From: Octopus sinensis
Lineage: Eukaryota
DNA length: 64,000 nucleotides
NCBI RefSeq assembly: GCF_006345805.1
Contig: NC_042999.1
Coordinates: 148,366,001-148,430,000, forward strand
Reading direction: 5' to 3'
The notes beneath the pieces were generated by a model that was not told the origin of the DNA, did not search any database, and saw only the letters and a list, made by a program, of their open reading frames with translations. Positions 50,750 to 64,000 of the stretch are shown here, in pieces (position 1 is the first letter of the stretch; each line of letters starts with the position of its first letter). The translations under genes and the position numbers were made by a program.

Positions 50750-52896
50750 GTCCACAACCCGTGGCCTTCTACATGGGATGGAGCCTGCCTACGTATGCAT
50801 ACCTTCCCTTCTTGGGACACAAAACTCTACTTGTGAAGACGTGTTGAGGCAAGTGAGGATCAGAATCGAAATCGATCAATGGAAATTGCGGATGTGCTAC
50901 CAGTGCCGGTGGCATGTCGAAACTCTGCTTGTGAAGACCCATTGAGGCAAGTGAGGATCAGAATCGAAATCGATCAATGGAAATCGATCAATGGAAATTG
51001 CAGATGTGTTACCAGTGCCGGTGGCATGTAAGAGAACTTCCGTTTCGCGACCGTTGCCAGCACCGCCCCGTTTCGTGTCCGTTGCCAGCCTCGCCTGGCC
51101 CTCGTGCCGGTGGCACATAAAAAGCACCATCCGTTCGTGGCCATTTGCCAGCTCTGTCTGGCACCAGTGCGGGTGGCACGTAAAAAGCACCCACTACACT
51201 CACGGAGTGGTTGGCGTTAGGAAGGGCATCCAGCCGTAGAAACACTGCCAGATTTGACTGGGCCTGATGAAGCCTTCTGGCTTCACAGACCCCAGTAGAA
51301 CCGTCCAACCCATGCTAGCATGGAAAACGGACGCTAAATGATGATGATGATGATGATGATGTATATGAGTGTCACTGTCATACAAACAGTGCCATTTCAT
51401 ACTTGAAAACAGGTGAGGGTTGATATCTAGCCTTAATAACATCGTTAAACATGATGGGAAGGACCTCCAGCTTTAGGAACTATATTAGGGGACAGTAGCT
51501 CTAAATAAGAATTGACCAGATCATTAGGGTTGATGATGATGATGAGGACCCGTCCAGTCCATGCCATGATGATAGTGACAAATTAATTTATTCAATTTTA
51601 AGGTGGATGCCTTTCTTACTAATTGCAATTCACTCAGCTGAAGATAATTTGAGGCAAGCAGTTATGTGATGTCATTATTGCTACATATTTCATGCTTGTG
51701 CATACTTTTATTTAAAAACAAGACAAAATACTCCACATGTGGAGTTTATTCAATGTGTGATTTTATTTCATTGTTACTCTAAGTTTAGGTTATTATTAAG
51801 GCAACTGCTACCAATCAACCTAAGGAGTATAAAAGAAATGAGGAAATTCAGTAACAAGATTGAAGACTGAACCTTGACATGTGTCACCTCCTACTGCAAC
51901 CCTTTGTCATCTGCCAAAGCAACCCTTTATTTGCTAGAAAGCCCTTCTTGTCACTAATATCTTTGTAACAAACTAGGTGTACTTCACTGTGACACTAGAG
52001 TTGTCAGTGACAGGATTAAAGCTTCCCTCCACCAGTTTTTATTTGGAGTTACTGCCTTCTTAGATCAGTAGCTTGCAGCATCCATATCATCATCATCATC
52101 ATCATTTAATGTCCATTTTCCATGCTGGCATGGGTTGGATGGTTTGGCATGGAGCTGTTCAGACTCCAGTTGTCTGTTGTGGCATGGTTTCTATGGCTTG
52201 ATGCCTTTCCTAATACCAACCACTCTACTGATTGTGCTGGGTGCTTTTTACATGCCACCAGCACAAGTACATTCTATGTGGCACTGGCACCTGCTAAGGG
52301 CTTGCCTGTATGTATGGATGGCAGCGATTTTACTTAGCTTGACGTTTCTTCTCAAGTACAGCAAATTTCCACAACTCCTGTCCCTTGTCATTTCCTATAT
52401 AATGAGATGACTCTAAAAAGTTAGATATTTCACAATACTTTAGTCTTCTCGCACCACAGGATGGAATGTATGCATTTATTTTCAGGCAAGTTGATTGTGA
52501 AGCAAATGTCTTTCTTGCTCCTTCAATATTCCTTTGCAGAGAATACCAGTCTGTGTTGTAGTTAACATCCCAAAAACTAAGTTGGAATTCTCAATGGTCC
52601 TATATATCATCATCATCATCGTTTAACGCCTGCTTTCCATCGTTGGACGATTTGACTGAGGTCTGGCGAACCAGATGGCTGCACCAGACTTCGATCTGAT
52701 CTGGCAGACTTTCTACAGCTGGATGCCCTTCCTAACACCAACCACTCCGAGAGTGTAGTGGGTGCTTTTACGTGCCACCGGCACAAGCACCAGTCAGGCA
52801 GTACTGGCAACGGCCACGCTCAAATGGTGCTTTTTATGTACCACCTGCACAGGAGCCAGTCCAGCGGCACTGGCAACGACCTCGCTCAAATGTTTT

Positions 52897-52937
<41 letters not shown>

Positions 52938-54406
52938 TGCAGTGAGTCTGAACTAGCTATCTATATGGTAGTAATCAATTGTTTTATCCACTTGCTCATA
53001 GAATCATATTCAATAATTCACTGCTTAGCTAACAAAACTTTTTTTGTTTGTGTACATTACATTACTTGCTTGCAGAAAACTTTCTAACTGTTAATACCTT
53101 AGACCATTAATAATTAAATATATTTGTTACCAATATTTACACACACATGGTATTACAGAAAAACCACCCATGCTGGTGCCACATAAGCACCAGTTCTGGT
53201 GCCATGTCAAAAGCACCCAGTACACTCTGTAAAGTGGTTGGCATTATGAGGCATTAAGCCATAGAAATCATGCCAGAACAGACAGCTGAAGCCTGGTGTA
53301 GCTCTCTGGCTTGCCAGCTCGTCAAATTGGCCAACCCATGTCAGCTTGGAAAACATACATTAAATGATGACACTGATTTATACAGAACACAATATACAAG
53401 ATTACATGCTATTCTCAAGTAATCAACTTCATCGATCAGATCAGTCTCTGAAGAACAATAAAGACTATGGCTATTGCTCCCGCTTCTTGGGCGTGCCAGT
53501 GGCACTTAAAAGGTGTGATCGTTACCAGTGTCACATTACTAGCACTCAAGCCCCGTGCTAGTAGGGTATTAAGAGCACCATCCGAGCGTGATCGTTGCCA
53601 GAGCAGCTATCTGGCCTCTGTGCTGGTGGCACGTAAACGACATCATTCGAGCATGATCGTTACCAGCATCGCCTTACTGGCACCTGTGCCGGTGGCATGT
53701 GTAAAAGATTCGAGCAAGGTCGTTGCCAGTGCCGCCTGACAGGCACGTAAAATCACCCACTACACTTTCGGAGTGGTTGGCGTTAGGAAGGGCATCCAGC
53801 TGTAGAAATTCTGCCATATCAAGATTGAAACCTGGTGCAGCCATCTGGTTCGCCAGCCCTCAGTCATATGTCCAACCCATGCTAGCATGGAAAGCAGACG
53901 TTAAATGATAATGACAATGATGATATATGTAATATAGATATATATAAATATATATGTAATATATATATATATATATATGATGCTTTACACATAGATATAA
54001 GGACACAAATTTATAGAGATGAGAAAAAGAACACTGTTGCATTGTTACCTTTCTTTCACACAGTTGTTTAAATGGTTTCCAGGACAATGTTGATACAACA
54101 TTGTAGATTTCACCTGGTCTTCTCCATCAGAATCTCATGACAATGATTTAATAAATAGAACAGCTAGAAAAAATAAACTGTTTATTTGATTGTTTACAAC
54201 TTACGATTCGTTTTGTTCCAGAGCAACATTTTCTTTCTCAGAGTAATATATATAAGCAGTTTATTGCTTAATCTTGTTTCTTAACATAGAATTGATACGT
54301 GTATTTCTCTCGGTCAGATAATGAAAGTGAATGATTAACATAAAATAGAAATGTATGAGTTAGTATAAAAGATTCATTGTTCAGAAATCCTGCTTAAATG
54401 TTACTT

Positions 54407-54583
54407 TCAAACAAGGCTACCAAATAAAGGAGTCATTAATTCAAGCAGTTTTTTAAAAGTTGGTCTGTCAGCTGGATTCAGCTTCCAAGTCACCAGGATG
54501 ATTGATCGTAGACTGCTGGGGCACTCATCAGGTATGTCCATTCTGTTACCCTCTTCAATAAACTCTTTAATGTCAGATGCAGG
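54407..54583 (-). CDS. CSK-like tyrosine kinase last exon: PASDIKEFIEEGNRMDIPDECPSSLRSIILVTWKLNPADRPTFKKLLELMTPLFGSLV*
   Basis: G.RMD.P..CP and W...P..RPTF subdomains X-XI; minus-strand ctacag|; exon breaks match those I recall for CSK. Confidence 0.92.
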   Translation of the reverse strand, partial: PASDIKEFIEEGNRMDIPDECPSSLRSIILVTWKLNPADRPTFKKLLELMTPLFGSLV

Positions 54584-57500
54584 CTGTAGAAAGAAATTAA
54601 AATTCAAGCTGTTGTAAATACATCTTTGTATTAGACAAGAAAATTAGTTTACAATGGCTGGGTGCAAGCGTAACTGTATGGTTAAGTTTGCTTCTCAATC
54701 ATATGGCTTTGTGTTAGGTCTCGTTACCTGGAATTTGAGGGAATTTGATAAGTGTAAACTAAAAAACCTTTATGTGCCTGAATCATCATCATCATCGTTT
54801 AACGTCCATTTTCCATGCTAGCATGGGTTGGACGGTTTGACTGAGGGCTGGCAAACCAGATGGCTGCACCAGGCTCCAGTCTTGATCTGGCAGAGTTTCT
54901 ACAGCTGGATGCCCTTCCTAACGCCAACCACTCCGAGAGTGTAGTGGGTGCTTTTATGTGCCACCGGCACGAGGGCCAATCAGGCAGTACTGGCAACGAC
55001 CTCGCTCAAATCTTTTTACACATGCGAGCGAGGTCATTGCCAGTACTCGCATGAATGTTTACAAAAATTATACTGAAACAATGGAAGCATCATTGTGGTT
55101 GGGCTGCACCGGGGGTATTTGCTAACATTTTCTTTCAAATAACCCACTAGCTTTGCATTTTTGAATCCCTCATTTGAAAAACAGGTAAAACTTGGCCATC
55201 TGGAAGAGGATCCAGCTACAAAATTCCTGCATCAATTTTTCTCCTGCCTAAGCCATGCTAGCATAGACAACAGATATTAAATGAAAAATAACTGAAACAA
55301 GTGCAACTCACAATATAGTGCTATTACTATATTTAGACTACATCAAAAGACCAACTGCCATAGATACACACATTTTCCTCTAATTACTAACACACAAGTA
55401 TAACCAGTCCAGGTGGAACCAGCTACAAAGATCATGGGAAACTGCTCCTTCTTTTCTAAGTACTTTATATGAAGAAAAAAAACACTTCTAATAATGCAAG
55501 CCTTGGAGTCATCATCATCATTGTTTAACATCCATTTTCCATGCCGGCATAGGTTGGATGGTTTGACTGAAAACTGGGGGGTGGGGGTGGGGCTGCATCA
55601 AGTTCCAGTCTGATTTGGCAAGGTTTCTACAACTGGATGCTCTTCCTAATGCCAACCACTCTGAGGGTGTAATGGGTGCTTTTTACATGCCATTGACCTG
55701 ACACTGGGATTAGCCATGGTCTCACTTAGCTTCACAGGTCTACACGAGCATGGTATATCACCAAAGGTCACTTGTCACTGTCTCCATGAGGCCCAACACT
55801 TGGTGCTTTTTTTATGTGCCAGTCTGATGGCATTGGCCATGATTATGAATTTCACTCGGTTCGACAGGTCTTCACAAGCATAGTTCAACGATTGAAGGGT
55901 GCTTTTAACAGGCCAGTTACAGGAAACTAGCATTGGCCACGACTATGATCTCATTTGGCTTGACAGATCTTCTCAAGCAAAGCATATCTCCAAAAGATCT
56001 TGGTCACTTGTTATTGCCTCTATGAGGCCCAACATTCAAAGATCGTGCTTCACCACCTCGTCCCATGTCTTCCTGGGTCTAATTCTTTCACAGGTTCCCT
56101 TCATTAGAGTTTGATACTTCTTCACACAGCTGTCCTTATCCATATGTATCACATGACCATATCAGTGCAGTCGTCTCTCTTGCACACCACATCTGATGCT
56201 TCTTATGTCCAAACTTTCTCTCGGAATGCTTACACACTGACACTACACATCCAGCAGAGCATACTAGCTTCATTTCTTACAAGTCTACGTATGTCCTTAG
56301 TAGTCCTGACAATAGTTTATTGCTGGCTGCTCGTTTATTTTAACCAATTACTATGAATTATCTATTTCCAACATGGGAAGCTTAAGCAACTAAAAAAAAA
56401 AAAAAGCAAATAAAATCTATCTTGCTTAACAAATAATCTGTCATTGACCTCAACAAGGATTTGCAGTTATACAAACAGGATATACTTGATTAGGTCAAAA
56501 GTATATATTGCAGCAAAAATAAAGTTTCTAAAACCAGTATTACTCATCAAAAGTTTTTTAAAAATCAATAAAAAGGCAGTGCTCCAGTATGGCCACAGTT
56601 AAATGATTGAAACAAATAAAAGAATAAATACACATAACTCAGCTTATTGATTCTATTTATACTGAATGATAGTCTTAGTTTCTCTTTAAAATATAAATGC
56701 ATATGTTGTATGTGTTTAAGGCTAGAAATTTTAAAATACACTCTATTCTGAAAACCATATTAAACTAAGGATTTTATGAAATCCTTTTTTGATTGCTAAT
56801 ACCACATAAAAAAGCACCCAGTACACTATAGTGGTAGGCATTAGGAAGGGCATCCAACCATAGCAACCATGCTAAAGTAGACAATGGAGCTTGGCATAGT
56901 CCTTGGATTTGTCAAACTATCCAACCCATGCTATCATGGAAAACGAATGATAATGAAATCCTTGATTTCAAAAGTTATATTGTGTAATTATTATCATCAT
57001 CTTTTAACATCCATTTTCCATGCTGGCATGGGTTGGACGGTTTGACTGAGGACTGGCAAGCCAGGAGGCCACACTAGGCTCCAATCTGATTTGGCAATGT
57101 TTCTACAGCTGGACGCCCCTCCTAATTCCACCCACCCTGAGAGTGTAGTGGGTGCTCTTTACGTGCCACTAGCATGGGAGCCAGTCAGGTGGTATTGGCA
57201 TTGGCCATGTTCGGATAGTGCTTTTTGTATGCTACTGAAGCCAGTCGGTGTGGGGGGTTGGTATCAACCACATTCAGGTGGTGCTTTTTATGTCCCACCG
57301 GCACAGGGAGCCAGTCAGTGGCACTGGCAACGACCCACATATGAATGGTGCTTATTGCATGCTACCAGCACGAGAGCCAGTCAGGTGGCACTGGTATCGG
57401 CCACAACTACAATTCCATTTGATTTTGATTTTACTTGACTCAATAGGTCTCCTCAAGCACGGCATGTCGGCTGACGATTCAAGGTACTTTTTAAATGGGT

Positions 57501-58945
57501 TGGTTATGCAACACTGGTGTAGGCCATGACTGATATCACCTTAGTTGCCAGGTCTTCTCAATCACAGCATATCTCCAGTCTTTCGATTATATGAGAATAT
57601 TTTCCACCCAAACACTATGTGCCTTATATCAATGCAACCTTAATCATTAGTTCCTACTCAATGCATTTGAGTATTTTACCATTCTTGTATTTACCAATTA
57701 CCTCCAGATTGTTCAAGGACAATCCATTTATAAGCTAAGTTTGTCACTTTCATCTTTATTCAAATTGGCATGTAAAAAGCACCATTCAAGCATGATCGTT
57801 ACCTGCATCGCCTTACTGGCACGTGAAAAACATTCGAGCGAGGTCGTTGCCAGTGTCGCTGGACTGGCTCCTGTGCAGGTGGCACATAAAAAGCACCATT
57901 TGAGCGTGGCCGTTGCCAGTACAGCCTGACTGGCCCATGTGCCGGTGACACATAAAAGCACCCACTACACTCTCAGAGTGGTTGGCGTTAAAAAGGGCAT
58001 CCAGCTGTAGAAACTCTGCCGAATCAGATTGGAGTCTGGTGCAGCCATCTGGTTTTCCAGACCTCAGTCAAATCGTCCAACCCATGCTAGCATGGAAAGC
58101 AGACATTAAACAATGATGATGATCTTTACTTGACTAACCAACAAAATCTAGAGACCTCCATTTCCACAAGTAGGCTTCAATATTACTTTTTACTCATGAA
58201 ATAAACAATAATAGTTAAAATAATAAAAACTTAGAGAATCTGACTGAGATGATTAAAAAGAACAAATTTAGTGTAATTGATCAAATGTAATCTGATAAGC
58301 TAGGTGAAGAACACCTTATACTCAGAAAGTAGATTAGAAAATTAGAAGTAGTGCTTGAGGTTATACTGACATGAAAGTCACATGGTGTTCACTTCAAAAA
58401 TAAGTGCTTACATGGGGATATAGATTTTATGCTGGCAGGAAAGATGCCTACATGAATGTGGACATAAAAATGAAGAAAGATCCATGAATTGAGAACAGAC
58501 ACTTCTAACAATAAAGACTTAGGAAGAAGTAGTTTCAACATATATGAGGGCATTGTTTCATCAATATGGCACAAAATAATGCATAATACAATTCATCTAT
58601 CCAATTTATGCCACCATGACAGATATACACACACAAATGTATTTTGGTTGTTTTTAAATATTAACAAAAATTAGGAATCATCATCATCATCATCGTTTAA
58701 CATCCGTTTTCCACGCTAGCACAGGTTGGACGGTTCGACCGGGGTCTGGGGAGCCAGGGGCTGCTCCAGGCTCCAGTCTGATCTGGCAGTGTTTCTACAG
58801 CTGGTTGCGCTTCCTAACGCCAACCACTCCGCGAGTGTAGTGGGTGCTTTTTACGTGCCACCTGCACAGGTGCCAGAGGGGTCTGGCATCAGCCACGATC
58901 GGTTGATCAAGATATATGGATATTTCTTATAAAATTTCAATTTCA

Positions 58946-59125
<180 letters not shown>

Positions 59126-62100
59126 TTAAAATTTATATTCAATACCATAACAATTACAAGTTTGTATGATACATCTGATCAAGTAATACTGTCCTGGGTT
59201 ACTTGATAATTGCAATAATAATTTTCCCATCGGACTGGCTCCTGTGCTGGTGGCATGTAAAAAGCACCATTTAAGCATGGTTGATGCCAGTACTGCCTGA
59301 CTGGTCCTATGCCAGTGGCACATAAAAAGCACCATTCAAGAGTGGTCGTTGCCAGTGCTGCCTGACTGGTTCCCAAGTCGGTTGCATGTAAAAAGCACCC
59401 ACTATACTCTGGGTGTGGTTGGCATTAGGAAGGGCATCCAGCAGTAGAAACCTTGCCAGATCAGATTGGAGCCTGGTGCAGCTGCCTGGCTTGCCAGTCC
59501 TCAGTCAAACCGTCCAACCTATGCCAGTATGGAAAGCAGACATTAAACGATGATTAGCCTTTTTGTTTGCATATGCTAAATATCATCAGCCCTTAGTCAT
59601 TAATTACTGTCTTGAGAACTAGGACGCATAGGGCCAGTTACCTAGTTTCTATGGTGCATAAGTGGCCAAGATCATCGGCATTCCCACTGAATAGGATGCC
59701 AGTGCGTCCCAAGGTCACTCAATTACATCTAAGTGAACTAAAGTAATATGAAATCAAATGCTTTGCTCAAGAACTCGCCCAAGAATCAAAACCATGATCT
59801 TGTAATTGTGAGTACATCATCCTCACCACTAGGCCATGTGCATTCACTAAGTTGGATATGCTAGATGTTATTGTTTAACCCCAGTCCAAAGTACCTTTAA
59901 GGGACATTATCAATGACCATTTATGTTGTTCTTTTCTAAGATGGTTGAATATGATTTGTAGAGAGCTGACACCTATTTTTAGCACGTTGAGCAATAACAA
60001 AGGTTTCTCATTAAATGTATGTAGAAACAGTAATTAGACCTCATAGGTGAATGCTTGACCATCTAATAAATAATTGTAGATTAATCTTCAGATCTGGTCA
60101 ATATGTTGTACCATGTATGACCATCCCACTTACATTAAATTCTTACTCAGTACTCTCCTATATTGGTTTCAAATTTTGGCACAAGGCTAGCAATTTCAGA
60201 GGAGGTGACAAGTCAATTACATTGACCCCAGTTCTCATGCTGCTTCTTTCTTTAACTATTAGCTTGTTAGCTTTTTTTAGCCTTCCTTCATGGAATTTTA
60301 CCTCCTTGATCTGCACAACATCACTATTTACACCCCTTCCTGCTGCTGTAGCATAGCTGACAGCTGGTTGAGTATCCATAACTTCGTTGGTCACAAATGA
60401 CATGAAAATTTCCAGAAATTGTCTTCATAAAGACACAGTTCAATAAATTTACAGAAATCTTCTACCCCATAGGGCAAAAGTTACAGTTTTCCACAGGACA
60501 CCAGTTCAAATTCCAATAAAATTTTCAATTCAAATATAAGATAAATTCACAATAACAGAACAGGAGACGAACTCACATACCAATGGTAACAACTGAAAAC
60601 AACACTGTGTCGCAGATGAAAAAGGCGTGGCCTGCTAGCTGCCGATGCTTATTTACCTTTGAAAGCATATAGATTTCAAGTGAAATAAATTCACTGATCT
60701 ACAAAATTAGAAATATTACATTTCTAAATCTCTCAGAGACTTATACAGTAGCAGCATGATAAAGTGATGGTTTGTTGCCAACTTAATGTAGCAGTCCCAG
60801 GAAAGGGAAGAATGCTATTGCTAATTAGCCCCAGGAAACACCGTTTCCAGTTGGCCATGTGACACAATCATTCTGTGTCCTTATGTTTACAAACAGGGGC
60901 AGATATCAGGTGTAGTGTTGGCGAATTTCAGGAAGCATGGAGGTTTTAAAGGCTACTAACAACTGATGCAGGTAGTTTGTTCCATGCTTCAGCAAGAGAG
61001 TGAAAAAATATTTCCGAAAGTCAAAGGAGCTGTGCTGTTTTCTGACCTTGTAGGCATGCCCACGTGTGTTAGACACATGGAGCTCAAAAAGGTACTCAAG
61101 ATGATTGTTGATGTGATGGCTAATAATTTTGTGGGTGTTTACTAAGTCAGTTGCCAGATGTCAGAGCTTCAATGTATCTATGCCCAGGGAAGCAAAGCAT
61201 TCAGAGTATGGTAGATGCCTGATGGAGGCATGATAGATGCCTGATATCTTGCCTGGGATCATGTCAGTAGGGTGGAATGAGACTTATTGGGACCTAATAT
61301 TTTGCACAGGCATTGCTTTGTCAGTGAGAGTCATACTCATGAACAAGTTGACAGCTGTCATATATGTGTATCTTTATATTTGGCATCCCACCATTGCTTG
61401 ACAACTAGAAGTTATGTGGAAGTCTGCCTCATATATATATGCATGTGTGTGTGTGTGTTATTCCTCCATTACTTGAAAATCAGTGCTAGTTTCTTTACAT
61501 ACCTGTAACTTAACAGTTCAGCAAAAGAGACCAACAGAATAATTACCAAATTTAATAAGGACTGGGTTCAATTTGTTGGACTAAAATTCTTCAAAGTCGT
61601 GCCCCAGCAAAGCTGCAGTTCAATGACTTAAATAAGACAAGCAATTAAATGACCAGATGTCTTAAGCTTAAGATCATTATAAACAGCTGATCATAGACAC
61701 AAGCATAGCTGTGTGGTTAAGAAGTTCACTTCATGACAACATGATTTCAAGTTCAATCTCACTATACCCCAACACGGCCAAGAGTCTGCCATTATAGCCT
61801 TGTGAGTGAATTAGGTAGATGAAAACCACAGGAGAACAGTTCATATCGAGTGTATGTGTATGCACATGTAAATATATGTAAATGTTGATATTCTGTGCTT
61901 ATCACTAATTGAACAAAATAGTAATGATGTTGACATTCTCTATTGATATTAGAACCAGTCACCCTGCACTTACAAAGACCTGGGGAATGAAAACAATTCG
62001 TTACTTGAAAAGCAGATAAGACCAGAGCATTTGACCATATAATCATCCCTCAAATAGACTCCCTTTCTAATCTAGGCCAGCATGGAAAAGCACACACACA

Positions 62101-62524
62101 CACATATATATATATAAAAGCAAACATTAGCTTATCTTTAACCTACATTATGTAACAAATGTTGTTACGAGTCATTGACATTTCAAATCTGATTGATCAG
62201 CAAGAAAATAAGGACACACAAAATTGCTTAATTTTGACTGGCAGACTTATGACTAAAGGGCATTTTAATCAGGAACTCTTGTGTTTTTAGGGTTAGGGTT
62301 AAGCTTTTAGAGGCATCAAAAACTAGCAAAAGCAACTTTTTTTTCTTCTTTTTCTTAGACAGTAGATATAATAGATGTGACAACTATTTCTACTAGGCCC
62401 ACATAAAAGCTCTACCATTGGCTCATAACTAAAGGCTACATATTTCAAACCCATATGGTCCTTTTTTGTTTGCTGTGGTGAGTTGCCAATCAGAATATTT
62501 TAAGTAACATATAAATAAACTTAC

Positions 62525-62620
62525 TCTGTCAACAATAGCTTCTGGTGCAGCCCATTTTATAGGAAACTTAATCCTTTTATCTAAAGCTCCAGTGTGATTG
62601 GATAAACCAAAATCAGATAT
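62525..62620 (-). CDS. CSK-like tyrosine kinase exon: ISDFGLSNHTGALDKRIKFPIKWAAPEAIVDR
   Basis: DFG and PIKW.APE motifs; minus-strand ttacag| and |gtaagt; 96 nt, phase 0-0. Confidence 0.92.
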
Positions 62621-64000
62621 CTGTAAAAGAAAACCTACATACAATAAACTTACAGTTACTAACATTTGACTCTGGCTTTCTGCATTTATAAAACAGGTGA
62701 AAATACCCTAAATTAGATGGTGATGAGCAGTTTGAAATATAATACATCTATATTTGAATAGTATATAAATATCATATATACAAACATGTTGAGTAGATAA
62801 AAACCTTATATAGACTGGAAACCAATAAAGAGACAAAAATTGGTACTCCATCAATTACGATAACAAGGGTTCCAGTTGATCCAATCAACGGAACAGACTG
62901 CTCGTGAAATTATCATGCAAGTAACTGAGCACTCCACAGACATGTGTACCCTTAATGTAGTTCTTAGGGAAATTCAATGTGACAAGGCTGGCCCTTTGAA
63001 TTACAGGTACAATTCATTTTTGCCAACTGAGTGGACTAGAGTAACATGAAATAAAGCACATTGTTCAAGGACACAATGCACAACCAGGTATTGAACTCAC
63101 GGCCTTATGATCATGAGTCAAATACCCTAACCACTAAGCCATGTGCTTCATGACTGGAAACCTACATGTATATATGAACTGCATTGCTATCATGTATATA
63201 ATACAACATGCTTGTTTTTGAAACTGCATCCTCATTTGTATCCAACACTGTTTAACAAGGACAGAAAAGTATGAAACAGAGAAAAACAGATACAAAATAA
63301 TTTGTATATTTTAAGAGAGAGCTATTCTTTTAAACATTATTACACCAACATCAAAATAAAAATCAAATGGAAATTGTAGTTAAGATACCTGTGCCAGTGA
63401 CATGTAAAAAGCACTGTCCGAACATGGCAGATGCCAGTGCCGCCTGACTGGCGTCCGTGTTGGTGACACGTAAAAGCACCAACTGATCATGGCTGTTTGC
63501 CAGCCTCCTCTGGCCCCTGTGCCGGTGGCACATAAAAAATCACCCACTACACTCATGGAGTGGCTAGCATGGAAAACGGACGTTAAATGATGATGATGAT
63601 TATTACTGTTTATGTCTACTTTTTCCATGTTGTTATGGACTGGACCGTTTCACTTGTTAGCCATTCTTCAGCCATTAATATTGTTCTCTCCACCCAAATG
63701 TTACACTGATCATTCCCCCACCCCCACCACTGTACCACCAAATTATCTCTCCTCAAGCACACTTCTGCAGCCTACCCAACCACATGTCATCTCTCTCTCT
63801 CCTATCATCTCCCTGTCAACTGTATCATCATTATAATCCTGCTGCTGATTCCCCTACTTTCTTCTGCATCCCTTTACTTTTCCCAATTCATGGATCATTG
63901 GTCATTCCCCCATACCTTATCCAACACTCCTTACATCTGCCCTTCAACCCTACCCAATCTTTACAGTTGTTGCCTGCCTCCCCTCTCCTTGTCTCTTGCT

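Larger units (their letters stand above)
48605..51360 (+). mobile_element. Young 5'-truncated RTE-clade LINE (RT, PHD-like finger, 3'UTR, (GAT)n tail); endonuclease domain absent
   Basis: RT motifs NYRGIKLL, QFGF.PGKST, FVDMEKAFDRV, GVHQGSVLS, YADD; RTE-like C-terminus RLRWYGHV...RGRPRKTW; ends in tgatgatgat. Confidence 0.95.

Noticed and set aside
51264-51295. Hammerhead ribozyme core (CTGATGA followed by a stem-loop)
   Set aside because: No GAAA after the stem, and sister copies read CTGGTGCA here, so the motif is not conserved.
48590-51375. Target-site duplication for the RTE LINE
   Set aside because: The flanks (gatatgtactag and gtatatgagtg) share no convincing direct repeat, so none is claimed.
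53480-53760. CRISPR-like look of palindromic repeats with spacers
   Set aside because: The spacers are homologous to each other, the arrays are dispersed parts of a LINE 3'UTR, the DNA is intron-containing eukaryotic, and there are no cas genes.
62287-62300. TTAGGG telomeric motif
   Set aside because: Only two units; expected by chance.

Overview
Eukaryotic, AT-rich and very repeat-dense genomic DNA. The SINE/LINE families look like those of Octopus (inference from repeat recognition, not a database search). The + strand carries the last 17 coding exons (1052-47987, about 864 codons, all introns GT-AG) of the trifunctional purine enzyme GART (GARS-AIRS-GART); roughly the first 140 residues lie upstream of the window. 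The - strand carries the last 3 coding exons of a CSK-like tyrosine kinase (54407-62620), convergent with GART. Between the two genes sits a young, 5'-truncated RTE-clade LINE (48605-51360) with RT, a PHD-type zinc finger, two frameshifts and a perfect 5' foldback. Its modular hairpin 3'UTR is the same sequence as roughly 35-40 short repeats across the window. Introns also hold tRNA-derived SINEs with swapped heads and tails, Tc1/mariner remnants, piggyBac-, hAT- and Tc2-type MITEs, a Helitron-type element, CR1 fragments and two long foldback palindromes. Main leads: two routes to a GARS-only isoform at the GARS/AIRS boundary, a decayed copy of an AIRS exon inside a SINE, the repeat-spacer hairpin arrays of the RTE tail, and long intronic dsRNA structures that are plausible ADAR substrates. 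No prokaryotic features, true CRISPR arrays, rRNA genes or convincing tRNA genes were found.
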